A stretch of 63,210 nucleotides of DNA from a virus. Taxonomy: Duplodnaviria; Caudoviricetes. Every line of letters starts with the position of its first letter. Position 1 is the stretch's first letter. The notes below the pieces were generated by a model, which saw nothing but the letters and a program-made list of their open reading frames with translations, was not told the DNA's origin and made no database searches. The stretch is taken from IMG/VR virus record IMGVR_UViG_3300037502_001755, positions 1-63,210 of that record; one strand, written 5' to 3'. Below, in pieces: positions 18,198 through 26,866 of this stretch. A program made the position numbers and the translations under genes.

Positions 18198-19085
18198 TCA
18201 GAAAGAAAATTTGTCGAGGATGGCGTCCACGTTTTTCTTCACGTCGTCACGCACAGCCGCGTTCTTGCGCAGGTCGGCAGGGGTCACGCCGTTGAGAAGC
18301 TGCGACAGCGTCGAGCGCACGGACTCAAGCGCAGGGTCATTGGTCAGGTTCAACGCCTTGGTCATCTCGCACAACTCCAACGCGCCGTCAACCAGCGAGT
18401 CGAAGAACTTGCGCGGCTTAGCTTCCCCGGCCACGTAGTCGGTGGTCAGGCGGTCGGACATACGTGTGAGGTGGTCACCCAAGCGCTTGCGCACATCGGC
18501 GATGGCGTTCTCAACCCGCTCGTCTGCAAGTTGCTGGAGCTTGGCCTTGATGTCGTCCATGGCTGCGTTGCCCACGTCCACACGGAAGTCGCCAGCGGTG
18601 GGCACAGGCATGTAGTTCACCCGGAATGAGAACTTGGTCATGATCTCGTTCTGCGAGGGGTAGTCGTCGCGCCGGAACATATCGCCCAGTGCCAATGCTT
18701 GCGCCGTGATGAGCGAGGGGTAGATGGTCACGAAGCTGTGCACAAGGGCCTCGAACTCCTCCTCGAACTCGTTCATCTTGGATGCGAACTTCTCGAAGCT
18801 GCTGGTGGGCAACAGGCGCAGACCCGAGTCAGACCACGGCAGGGAGGTGTCGTACACGTATTGGCGTGCACGGGTGACCAGCTTCTGGATGACATCCAGT
18901 TCGTCGCGACCTGCCAGCAGGTGCTTGTTGACACGGGCTGCGTCCTTGGCCCCGGCCTTCTTGGCCGTGACGACCTCCTCGGTGGCGCTCTTGTCGAGTT
19001 TGCGGGCTGTCCAGACGGGAGCGTTGAACTCCACGAGCATGGCGCAGGTGTCGATGTTGTAACGGGCGTGGTTCAGTTGAGTCAT
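18198..19085 (-). CDS. DUF3150-like protein (295 aa)
   Basis: W.ARKLD, SLPWSDSGLRLLP, DYPS..EI..KF; follows the AAA/VWA pair. Confidence 0.6.
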   Translation of the reverse strand: MTQLNHARYNIDTCAMLVEFNAPVWTARKLDKSATEEVVTAKKAGAKDAARVNKHLLAGRDELDVIQKLVTRARQYVYDTSLPWSDSGLRLLPTSSFEKFASKMNEFEEEFEALVHSFVTIYPSLITAQALALGDMFRRDDYPSQNEIMTKFSFRVNYMPVPTAGDFRVDVGNAAMDDIKAKLQQLADERVENAIADVRKRLGDHLTRMSDRLTTDYVAGEAKPRKFFDSLVDGALELCEMTKALNLTNDPALESVRSTLSQLLNGVTPADLRKNAAVRDDVKKNVDAILDKFSF

Positions 19086-19119
19086 GTTGGTTCTCCTTGA
19101 ATGACGTTGAGTTGAAAAA

Positions 19120-20322
19120 TTAAGTGCGGATACGCACCACTTTGCCGCGTTGCGGCATGAAGTCGTCGTTGTTGACGACACCCCACAGCACAGGCAACTC
19201 GGGCAGCTTGTAGCTGTCCTCGATGTACCCGTCGGTCAGCATGATGACTGCCTTGGGTTTGTACTGTTTGTCTGCAATGTGCTGGGCAACACACGACACA
19301 GTCGTGCCCCCGCCACCCTTGGGCGACATGAGGTCGGACAGCTTGTCGTAGTCGTCGGGCTGGAACTGCTGGTCACCAGCCACCTCGGTGTCCCACCACA
19401 GCACACGCACGCTCTCGGGCCGAGCGTGCTGGCATACACGAGCGATCTCGCCGAACACCACCGGGTAGTGCGGATGCATGGAGCCAGAGGTGTCGCAAGC
19501 GATGATGATCTCGCCCACGCTTTCGTCGAAGTGCGACGGCATGAGAAAGCCCGATGCCATCAGGCGCTTGTTGGGAGGCGAGAAGCGGGAGTTCTCATCG
19601 CCCCGGCACATGGTGCTGATGAAGTCAATGAGCGGCTCTTTCCAGTTGGTGTCACGATCTTGCATCGTGCCGAAGATGTCGCCGCCATTGCTCTTGTCAC
19701 CGCGCAGCTTCTTGGACAGCAACTCGCCTTGGCGGTTGGCATCGTCGATCATCTTCTCCAGCGCCTCGCGCTCCTCGAAGGGCGTACCCTCGGGAGACAA
19801 CTCGTGCGTGTCCATAGGCTGGCCACGGCCGTCGCCACTGTCGGGCTGCTCGTCATTGTCCTTGGCCTCGTCGAGCAAAGCCTTGAGCACCTGCGGGAAA
19901 GACATCCCCTTGAACTTGTCGTCCACGAGCGGCTTGACCTTGGTCGGGCGCTCGACAAACTTGAAGTCAGGGTCAAGCGCCTCGATGGTGAGGTTGATGA
20001 CGTAGTCCGCAGCCATGTTGGCAAGTGCGCCGTGCTGCTTGAACAGGTCGCAGTAGAAGGGCAAGACGCAATGCTTGAACGCTACGTGGAAGTTCTCGTG
20101 CAGCACGAGGTAGCGCAACTGCTTGCGGTTGAAGTCGGTGGAGATGAACTCCGCGCCGTACAGCTTGTCCTTGCCGTTGGTGCACGCAGTAGGCAAGCCG
20201 GGCACGACCTCGGACTTGCCCATGGGGATCACGCCCGCAAGGCGGGCGAACTGGGGGTGGCGCATACAGTCGATGTTGACCGCTTGGATGCGCTGTGCGA
20301 GTGTGAGTTTGTCAAAGCTCAT
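19120..20322 (-). CDS. DUF2201-type metallopeptidase + VWA domain protein
   Basis: TACTNG, LHENFH (HExxH), NMAADYVIN; MIDAS motifs DTSGS, GGGGT, TDG. Confidence 0.85.
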   Translation of the reverse strand: MSFDKLTLAQRIQAVNIDCMRHPQFARLAGVIPMGKSEVVPGLPTACTNGKDKLYGAEFISTDFNRKQLRYLVLHENFHVAFKHCVLPFYCDLFKQHGALANMAADYVINLTIEALDPDFKFVERPTKVKPLVDDKFKGMSFPQVLKALLDEAKDNDEQPDSGDGRGQPMDTHELSPEGTPFEEREALEKMIDDANRQGELLSKKLRGDKSNGGDIFGTMQDRDTNWKEPLIDFISTMCRGDENSRFSPPNKRLMASGFLMPSHFDESVGEIIIACDTSGSMHPHYPVVFGEIARVCQHARPESVRVLWWDTEVAGDQQFQPDDYDKLSDLMSPKGGGGTTVSCVAQHIADKQYKPKAVIMLTDGYIEDSYKLPELPVLWGVVNNDDFMPQRGKVVRIRT

Positions 20323-20340
20323 GGTTGGTTCTCCTTGGAG

Positions 20341-21465
20341 TTACTTGGTGCTAAAGAAGATTTTGTGGGCCGCCAGCATCTTGCCGAAGTTGCCCAGCGT
20401 CACGTAGATGCCAGTGCGCGAGGACTGCGCCACCGAGTTGCAGAAGATCGACTGCACCTCGGCCTTCATGCGCCACACGTAGTCCACGATCTTCTCTGCG
20501 TCGTCGCGGTTGTCACAGCGAGATACGAACTGGAAGATTTGCACAAGCTGTGCGGTGGGGTTGTCGCTGATAGGTGCGGTGGCAGGGTCATGCAGCACGC
20601 GGTCATAGGCGCAGATGTCACGGCCAAAGCGAATGAACGCGGCAAGGTTGGCCGCAGTCACAGCACCGACAGTGCCGACCAGCGCAGCCTCGATGGTGTC
20701 GTCGTCCAGCACGTTCAAGCTCTCGTGCAGGATGTCAGAGGCGGCCACAAGGGAGCGAGGCGTAGCGTAGGCAAGGGTTGTAGCGCGGGGGCTGAAGATC
20801 ATGCCGTTGTCCTTGGATACGTCCTTGCCCTCGTGCTTGCCGCCCTTCTCGTAGTCAAGGAACGAGTCCATGACAGGCTCGTACTGGTCAACGAAGGCGA
20901 TCACCATCGGGTGCACACCAGCGTCCACGGCCCACGCTTTCCACTCCTGTGCGGTGGGCTTGCGCATCTTGACGAAGACGAGGCGGTTACGCAGGTGGGC
21001 CTGAATGCTGTCGCCCAGACCCTCGACCGCTAGGTTGGTCGCGCAGAACACGACGGAGCCCTCGGGCATATGGTAGTTGCCAACGCGCCGCTCGTAGATG
21101 ATCGGGGCCAGTACGTTCTTGATGAACTGCGGGGCCTTGGCGATCTCGTCGAGGAAGCACATGATCGGCTTGCTGTTGTTGACGCCAAGCTGGTTGTGCT
21201 TGCTGACACCGAAGCGCTCGTTGGGCAACTCGCGGGAGATGCCGTTCTCGCGGTCAAGGTCAGGCATCCACACCGAACCATCGGACAACTGCGTGCAGTC
21301 AATGGGGTCGACAGCGATGTGGTTGGCGAACTGGGGCATCCGCTTCAAGGCATGGAACAGCGCGGTCTTGCCGATGCCGTTCTCACCCTCGACGATGATG
21401 GTGCGCTTGTGCCCGACAGCAGCGATCAGGGACACGACTTGAGAGAAGGAAAGAAGTTTGGACAT
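20341..21465 (-). CDS. MoxR-like AAA+ ATPase
   Basis: GENGIGKT, FLDEI, ATN sensor, LRNRL, TPRSL. Confidence 0.85.
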   Translation of the reverse strand: MSKLLSFSQVVSLIAAVGHKRTIIVEGENGIGKTALFHALKRMPQFANHIAVDPIDCTQLSDGSVWMPDLDRENGISRELPNERFGVSKHNQLGVNNSKPIMCFLDEIAKAPQFIKNVLAPIIYERRVGNYHMPEGSVVFCATNLAVEGLGDSIQAHLRNRLVFVKMRKPTAQEWKAWAVDAGVHPMVIAFVDQYEPVMDSFLDYEKGGKHEGKDVSKDNGMIFSPRATTLAYATPRSLVAASDILHESLNVLDDDTIEAALVGTVGAVTAANLAAFIRFGRDICAYDRVLHDPATAPISDNPTAQLVQIFQFVSRCDNRDDAEKIVDYVWRMKAEVQSIFCNSVAQSSRTGIYVTLGNFGKMLAAHKIFFSTK

Positions 21466-21537
21466 GGTTGATTTCTCCGTTGTTGAAAAGTGATTTTTGT
21501 TGGAACTCGCGGACGTTTTGTCCGCGACCTAGATGCA

Positions 21538-21565
21538 GTATAGCAATGTGTCTAGCGTTGGACAA
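21538..21565 (-). promoter_or_regulatory. Sigma70 promoter TTGTCC-17-TATACT for the AAA operon, overlapped by TGTCTA-N4-TGGACA
   Basis: Near-consensus hexamers with 17-nt spacer. Confidence 0.7.
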
Positions 21566-21571
21566 CTCCTT

Positions 21572-22546
21572 TCATTTGTTGGGATGTTGGGTGGTGATGT
21601 TGCTGCGCACAATGTCACCATTGCTGGGGAACTGTGGGTATTCGATGTACCCAGAGGTACTACTCAGACGGGTGGAGTTCTTGAGTTTGCTCCACAACGA
21701 GTTGATGAGAGTCTTCTCGTCGATGGGCTCGATGTCGCTGTAGCGGGCGTTGCTTATGTTCCTGTAGCTGATCAGCCCCGCAGCGAATGCGCGGTTGCTG
21801 GCGATCTTGTCAAAGCAAAGCTGGGCCTGCTCCATGAGGGTGTCCAGCGCTGCTTGCGGTGGGGGCAGGTCTTTCTCCAGCGCGTGCACGAGTTCCATGG
21901 AGTGCCTGTGCCACATGGACGCTTCCTCCACAGCGTTGAACACACCGGCCATGTAGAAGTCGAACTTCACGTCGGCTGCGAACTCGGGTATACGCATGGC
22001 AATGAGGGTGAGCATCCCATCGAGCGCGGCCTTGACCTTCTTGCGCGCCGCCTTGTCTGCGTCGCTGCTGACCTTGCGGAAGATGCGCGTGTGCCGTGAG
22101 CGCTCCACTATGAGCTTGCCAGACGGCGCGAACCACAGGTCAGTGGAGAAGTCCTCACCGGGCAGGGGCCGTGTGGACACCGGGGCCACCACTGTGCGCT
22201 CGTCAGTTGTCGTGCGTCGGTTGAGCCACTCGATGTTGGCCACGTCGCGCAGGAAGCCCTGCGAGGTCTGCGAGTAGTGGTTGATGTACTGACGGCGCTC
22301 GTTACCCTCAGCGTCGGGCTTGTGGAGGCGGGCCAGCGTGGTCTGGTACAGCACGAGGTCGTAGTAGGAGTCGTCGCCCGTGACCGAGCGCTCGATGCGG
22401 TAGTGGTGGCTGCGGGTGTCCTTGAGCGGGCGTTGAGACGCGTGCCACTTCTTGCTGCGAGGCGGCAGCTTGGTGCGCTCGAAGTAGTCGTGCGCCTTCT
22501 TGTAGCTGGACAGAAGCGGTAGAAGGTAGGTTTTACCTGAGTACAT
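21572..22546 (-). CDS. Hypothetical early protein (324 aa)
   Basis: Long ORF with GGAGAACCAACCATG leader. Confidence 0.8.
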   Translation of the reverse strand: MYSGKTYLLPLLSSYKKAHDYFERTKLPPRSKKWHASQRPLKDTRSHHYRIERSVTGDDSYYDLVLYQTTLARLHKPDAEGNERRQYINHYSQTSQGFLRDVANIEWLNRRTTTDERTVVAPVSTRPLPGEDFSTDLWFAPSGKLIVERSRHTRIFRKVSSDADKAARKKVKAALDGMLTLIAMRIPEFAADVKFDFYMAGVFNAVEEASMWHRHSMELVHALEKDLPPPQAALDTLMEQAQLCFDKIASNRAFAAGLISYRNISNARYSDIEPIDEKTLINSLWSKLKNSTRLSSTSGYIEYPQFPSNGDIVRSNITTQHPNK

Positions 22547-22584
22547 GGTTGGTTCTCCTTGGGTTGGTGGTTGGTGGTTGTGGA

Positions 22585-22857
22585 TTAGATTTCGGTCTTG
22601 TTGTTACGCATGGCGATGAGCACGCGGTACTTGTCCAGCGCCTCGTCGGGGACAATCTTCACGCCTTGCGTGTGGGTGGCGGCATCGAAGGGCATGAAGC
22701 TGATGTCGTACTCCTGATTGCGCCCGTAAAAGCCATTGTTGTTGCCCCGGTACGTGGTCTCCATGGCCTCGCAGCCCGAGAGGAGTTTGTGCAGCTTTTC
22801 TATCTGCGCGGGGGAGAGCAGCAACTGCGTGCCGCCAATGTCGATCAAAAGTTTCAT
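22585..22857 (-). CDS. Hypothetical protein (90 aa)
   Basis: SD GGAG before MKLLIDIGG. Confidence 0.7.
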   Translation of the reverse strand: MKLLIDIGGTQLLLSPAQIEKLHKLLSGCEAMETTYRGNNNGFYGRNQEYDISFMPFDAATHTQGVKIVPDEALDKYRVLIAMRNNKTEI

Positions 22858-22859
22858 GG

Positions 22860-23021
22860 TCAGGGTCTCCAAACAAAAACGTCCAACAGGACGACGATGA
22901 CAGCGGCTACGCAAACTACAGGGTAGAAACTCGCGGACAAACTGTCCGCAAGCCGTTGCCGCCACGAATACAGCCGAATCGGCTGGGGGAGAGAGGACTG
23001 ATGAATGTTCCTCTTGGGCAT
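22860..23021 (-). CDS. Small membrane protein (53 aa, ends LLDVFVWRP)
   Basis: Translated by hand; SD AAGGAG; one TM helix; contains a palindrome copy (LADSLSAS). Confidence 0.65.
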   Translation of the reverse strand: MPKRNIHQSSLPQPIRLYSWRQRLADSLSASFYPVVCVAAVIVVLLDVFVWRP

Positions 23022-23023
23022 GG

Positions 23024-23344
23024 TTACTCCTTCAGTTCGTCAGGCACATCCACCTCAACATCGGGACTATTCAACATGACGTAGTACCGCATCGCCGCAA
23101 CAAGCGGCGTAGGGCCATGCATCTCGACAGGACGCGGGCCAGCGGCCCACCCATTTACTTCGTGATCCCCCAGCGGGTACAGCGCGATACCCTCCCGCTC
23201 AATGATCGGCCCACCCACCAGCCAGTTTGTGGAGTAGCTCGTGATGTATTGCGGGTAGATGGTGAACAGCTTTCGCTCAGCCTCCAACTTCGTCACCACC
23301 CAATCCAGCGCGGCCCCGGTCAGTTCAGATGTTTTCAGTTTCAT
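23024..23344 (-). CDS. NinX/DUF2591-family protein
   Basis: ELTGAALDW, YSTNW..GGPIIERE, GPTPLVAAMR. Confidence 0.75.
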   Translation of the reverse strand: MKLKTSELTGAALDWVVTKLEAERKLFTIYPQYITSYSTNWLVGGPIIEREGIALYPLGDHEVNGWAAGPRPVEMHGPTPLVAAMRYYVMLNSPDVEVDVPDELKE

Positions 23345-23364
23345 GGTTGCTTTCTCCTAGTTGT

Positions 23365-23380
23365 GGGGGCCGAAGCCCCC
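23365..23380 (-). other. GC hairpin with UUCG loop, no U-tract (mRNA stabiliser or weak terminator)
   Basis: GGGGGC-TTCG-GCCCCC on the minus strand. Confidence 0.55.
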
Positions 23381-23385
23381 GGTTG

Positions 23386-24051
23386 TTAAACGACGTTGTT
23401 GTTCAGCGCCTTCTTGAGGGCAGGCAGCAGGTAATCGCCGAGGTTGTCTTTGTTCAGGAAGTCGTTGGTCTCGGTGAACTGGTCGACGATGTGCTCGATG
23501 TCGCCCTCGTCATGGTGCTCGGTGTCGTTCGTGTGGTTCTCGATGGCGTCGCTGATCATCTCCTCGATGCGGCGCTCGGTCAGGTCGTTCCCACGCAGGG
23601 CCTCGGTCACCTTGTCGTCGATGTAGTCGTCGTTGAAGTGCTCCTCGTTGCGCTCGTGGTTGTATATCTTCTCGTCGGCAACCTCCTCGGCGATCTCCGA
23701 TGCGATCTCCCGCATCTTCTGCTCGATGTCCGAGTCCAGCTTGGTCAGCGTCATGTTGTTGTCCACCATCGCTGCGAACTTGGCCTCCACCATGTGCTCA
23801 AGGTGCGGCTTGATGTACAGCAGCGCAGCGCTGAACAGGCTGTCGAACTTGGACAGCACGTCTGTCCACTCAGGGGTGGGAGCGGGAGCGGGAGCGGGAG
23901 CGGGAGCGGGAGCCGGGGTGGGCGCAGGGCTGGGAATCTCCGGGTTGACCGAGGGTTCGGGCACGATGAAGGCTGCCTCCATCAGGTTGATGATCTGCGC
24001 CGGGTCGGTGATGGCGGTGTAGCCATTGGCGTTTGGGTTGGTGTTTTCCAT
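23386..24051 (-). CDS. Highly acidic early protein with Pro-Ala linker and two His-containing repeats
   Basis: D/E-rich; HERNEEH and HTNDTEHH repeats; strong leader. Confidence 0.8.
   Translation of the reverse strand: MENTNPNANGYTAITDPAQIINLMEAAFIVPEPSVNPEIPSPAPTPAPAPAPAPAPAPTPEWTDVLSKFDSLFSAALLYIKPHLEHMVEAKFAAMVDNNMTLTKLDSDIEQKMREIASEIAEEVADEKIYNHERNEEHFNDDYIDDKVTEALRGNDLTERRIEEMISDAIENHTNDTEHHDEGDIEHIVDQFTETNDFLNKDNLGDYLLPALKKALNNNVV
23878..23913. repeat. (GGGAGC)x6 in-frame tandem repeat encoding (PA)n
   Basis: Read directly. Confidence 0.9.
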
Positions 24052-24138
24052 GGTTGGTTTCTCCTAAACAAGTTGCCCCGTGACCGACGGGGTGGCGGCT
24101 TGCGGACAAGTTGTCCGCGAGTTCTGGTTGTGTGGGTG

Positions 24139-25131
24139 TCAGGGGTTGTCCCACCAGTTGTCCGTGGTCTCGGGCGCTGGCTGTGTGGGTGGTGTGTCGG
24201 GTGGTGTGTCAGGTGGTGTGGGTGTTGTGTCGGGTTCGTCGACCACGAGGAAGAACCCCTTGCGCCCCTTTGTGCCTGACTTCTCCCACAACAAGGGGAT
24301 GCGGCTGCGGTAGCCGGGCTCCATCCACTGGCCTCGGGCGTGCTGGGCCTTGAGTTGCGCCCGCTCGTCGTCCGTGAGGAGGTGATGCCACATGGCCTCG
24401 GCCACAGGTATGTCCTTCATTTTCTGGGCCAGCGTGCCATCCTCGATATACGCATCAAGGCGGCTGCGCGCCTTGTGCAGCAACGCTCGGCGGTCGAGGT
24501 AGTACGCCAGACTATCGTCGTCCATCTTGGATATCCTGTCCCCATCAGCGTCGATGAAGGCGAGGTTCTTCTTGAGCACCTTGGCCACAGTCTCCAGCGA
24601 GGTGGTGATGCTGGCTTTGAGCGCGCTGACCAGCGTGGGGGCCATGCGTTTACCCGCCTTGCGCTTGGTGCGCCGCGCGAGGGAGAGTCGGCACACGTCG
24701 CACAGGTTGCTCGTGACGTAGTGCTGCGCGTCGGGGTTGCGCCCCATGCGTTTCTTCTGGGCGACTGTGGCAAGGGTGCGGAACACGGACAGGTGCTTCT
24801 CCTCGTAGCACGCCTTGCACACCTTGTTGTCAGGGTTCAGGGATTTTGGAAGCGGGCGCTTCTTGCCTGCCGGAGCCAACCAGCCGTGCGTCTGCGCCGC
24901 CTTGACCAGCAGCTTGTGCACTTTGTCGCCACGGAACTCGCGCACATCCCGCTCGTGGGCCAAGAGGTGCACTGCGGCCAGCGTGTCAGCGAAGGATTTG
25001 TAGCGCGGCGTGTCGGGCGAACCTGTCAGTCCTTTCTTAAGTTCCGCTTCTATTCGTATCAACGACCACGCCATGGCAAGCGCCCATGGGCGCGGCTTGA
25101 ATTCGGGATACGTGAGTTTTTGCTCGGTCAT
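24139..25131 (-). CDS. Basic zinc-finger protein (330 aa) with PPDT-repeat tail
   Basis: CKAC...CDVC; SD AAGGAG before MTEQKL. Confidence 0.75.
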   Translation of the reverse strand: MTEQKLTYPEFKPRPWALAMAWSLIRIEAELKKGLTGSPDTPRYKSFADTLAAVHLLAHERDVREFRGDKVHKLLVKAAQTHGWLAPAGKKRPLPKSLNPDNKVCKACYEEKHLSVFRTLATVAQKKRMGRNPDAQHYVTSNLCDVCRLSLARRTKRKAGKRMAPTLVSALKASITTSLETVAKVLKKNLAFIDADGDRISKMDDDSLAYYLDRRALLHKARSRLDAYIEDGTLAQKMKDIPVAEAMWHHLLTDDERAQLKAQHARGQWMEPGYRSRIPLLWEKSGTKGRKGFFLVVDEPDTTPTPPDTPPDTPPTQPAPETTDNWWDNP

Positions 25132-25202
25132 ACAGGGCTCCTTGGTTGATTCGACACGAATAGTACCCGAACAAGTACCAATGCGTCCAGTTGCGTCCAC
25201 AC

Positions 25203-25490
25203 CATACCCACCAATTCCGAGGCTAGGCGTCGGCTTGGAACCCGCATGGATGCTGGGCGCGCAAGGTTTTGACACCAATAAGAGGGCTTTTGCGCAACAA
25301 CACACACGGGAAAGCCGTGTAGGAGAATCGCCCCATCAACCACACGAATATGTGCTCATACAAATATTTACTCCACCATCTATATATATAAGTATTTCTA
25401 AAAATATATATATATGTGTGTCGAAAGTGGACGGAGCGAGGATTCATGCGGGTTGCGGGGCTACGCTTAGCTTCGGAATTAGTGGGTATG
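25203..25490. repeat. 49-bp imperfect inverted repeat around an AT-rich (TA)n core; putative replication origin
   Basis: Arms 25203-25251 and 25442-25490 match at 40/49; TATATATATA tracts within ~25380-25415. Confidence 0.75.
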
Positions 25491-25541
25491 CGCAGGACAG
25501 TGAAGTTCTCACAAAGAAGTTGCGGACAAGTTGTCCGCGAG

Positions 25542-25751
25542 TCAGCGAAAGAGTTTGCCCTGCTTGAGAGGGCGCACGGACTGCGTGTAGTCCAGCCACT
25601 CGTTGTCTCGGGCCTTGGCCTCGTCGAGGATGCGGCGCTTGTGGGCGTTGTCTGCTTGGATGCGGACGTAGTCCTCGCGTAGCTCTTTGAGGCGGGCAAG
25701 CGAGGCGCTTTTGATGGTGCTGTGGATGGCGTAGCGGTTGGTCTTGGACAT
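25542..25751 (-). CDS. Hypothetical early protein (69 aa)
   Basis: GGAGAACCAACCATG leader. Confidence 0.75.
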   Translation of the reverse strand: MSKTNRYAIHSTIKSASLARLKELREDYVRIQADNAHKRRILDEAKARDNEWLDYTQSVRPLKQGKLFR

Positions 25752-25766
25752 GGTTGGTTCTCCGGG

Positions 25767-25835
25767 TTAGATGAAGAAGACGGACAGGGTGAGGACGAGC
25801 CAGATGAGGCAGGCGAAGGCGGCGATGGTTTTCAT
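25767..25835 (-). CDS. 22-aa hydrophobic peptide
   Basis: MKTIAAFACLIWLVLTLSVFFI; ATGA overlap, SD AAGGGG. Confidence 0.45.
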   Translation of the reverse strand: MKTIAAFACLIWLVLTLSVFFI

Positions 25836-25996
25836 GCTGCCCCCTTGAGGCTTGCGAGGGACAGTGTGACTGTCGCCGTGCCCCACACGACAGCGCCGAG
25901 GTAAATCCACATACCCTGTGGGATGAGTGCTGTCAGGCCAAGGATTAGCCCGGCAGTGCCGAGGATTGCGGTGATGCAAAGATACAGGTTACGCAT
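25832..25996 (-). CDS. Small two-TM membrane protein (54 aa)
   Basis: SD GGAG; two hydrophobic helices. Confidence 0.65.
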   Translation of the reverse strand: MRNLYLCITAILGTAGLILGLTALIPQGMWIYLGAVVWGTATVTLSLASLKGAA

Positions 25997-26010
25997 GGTG
26001 GTTACTCCGG

Positions 26011-26181
26011 TTAGAAGGGAAGAAGTTGGGTCTTGGTCAGCACCACGCACCAGCCTTCGGTGGCTGCGGTGGCCCGAGCGTGAGTCTCGGCATCCCTCGG
26101 GGTGAGGGCGTGCACATCGGTGCGGACGACGAACTCACGCCCGTTGTCCCAGACTTGCAGGAAGACGCGATAGGTTTTCAT
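26011..26181 (-). CDS. Hypothetical early protein (56 aa, MKTYRVFLQVW...)
   Basis: Translated by hand; SD TAAGGAG. Confidence 0.65.
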   Translation of the reverse strand: MKTYRVFLQVWDNGREFVVRTDVHALTPRDAETHARATAATEGWCVVLTKTQLLPF

Positions 26182-26191
26182 GGGTAGCTCC

Positions 26192-26356
26192 TTAGAAGTT
26201 GGGGTTGTAGCGTTGCATGAGGGTTGCGCCGTCCCACATCTCGACAGGGAAGCCGAGCTTGGTTAGGGCGGCGAACAGCACGATGGCATCGCCTTGGCTC
26301 TGGCACTCGTAGGTGCGGTCGGTGAACATATGGCGCAGGATGATGGTGGGTTTCAT
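26192..26356 (-). CDS. Hypothetical early protein (54 aa)
   Basis: SD AAAGGAG before MKPTIIL. Confidence 0.65.
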   Translation of the reverse strand: MKPTIILRHMFTDRTYECQSQGDAIVLFAALTKLGFPVEMWDGATLMQRYNPNF

Positions 26357-26467
26357 GGGTGGCTCCTTTGGACAAGAAACGAAACAGCGGCCGGGCCTCG
26401 CAGCCACGACCGCCGGGGAAAACTCGCGGACAAGTTGTCCGCAAGTCGTTGGTGAGAAGTACAAGGC

Positions 26468-26866
26468 TTAGGCGATCTTGGCCTTGAACGAGCGCTTCTC
26501 AGCAGCGCTCAGCTTCTCGAATGCAGCCACCAGCTTCTCCACGGCTGACTGCGCGTGCTTGCGACCAGTGGCTTTGGGCAAGTCCGCGCTGGGGTAGCAG
26601 ATAGCCAGCACGCGATTGACGGCACGCTCGGCTGCGCTGTCGCGTCGTGTGTAGGTGAGGCCGCGCTGACCCTGCTTGAGGCCCGTGTCCGCGTACTTGG
26701 CGATAGCCCAGGCCATCGCGTAGGGCCGTGCCTCCGCACGGCTGGCCAGCCCCGCCTTCAGTAAGGCGTCAGCGAAACTGGCGGACGATCCGTCCGCAAG
26801 ATCGAACGTGGGTGCAGAGGCGGCGAGGACGGCAGGGTTGATGCCGAGCAGTTTGTTGATGTGCAT
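26468..26866 (-). CDS. First early protein (132 aa, basic, Ala-rich)
   Basis: GGAGAACCAACCATG leader; contains a palindrome copy. Confidence 0.75.
   Translation of the reverse strand: MHINKLLGINPAVLAASAPTFDLADGSSASFADALLKAGLASRAEARPYAMAWAIAKYADTGLKQGQRGLTYTRRDSAAERAVNRVLAICYPSADLPKATGRKHAQSAVEKLVAAFEKLSAAEKRSFKAKIA

Larger units (their letters stand above)
21509..26797. repeat. Six copies of palindrome GCGGAC-N5-GTCCGC (21509, 22933, 24102, 25522, 26426, 26781)
   Basis: Read directly; shared flanks AACTC/AAG; both orientations. Confidence 0.95.

Noticed and set aside
17903-23012. 14-bp repeat TGATGAATGTTCCT at 17903 and 22999
   Set aside because: Several 14-mer repeats are expected by chance in 63 kb and the contexts differ
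25380-25415. (TA)n dyad as a protelomerase tel site
   Set aside because: No long perfect palindrome and no protelomerase gene recognised
21509-26797. Palindromes as a CRISPR array or integron attC sites
   Set aside because: Spacing is 350-1400 bp and irregular, some copies are intragenic, and there is no cas1 or integrase; the Cas4-like gene belongs to the replication module
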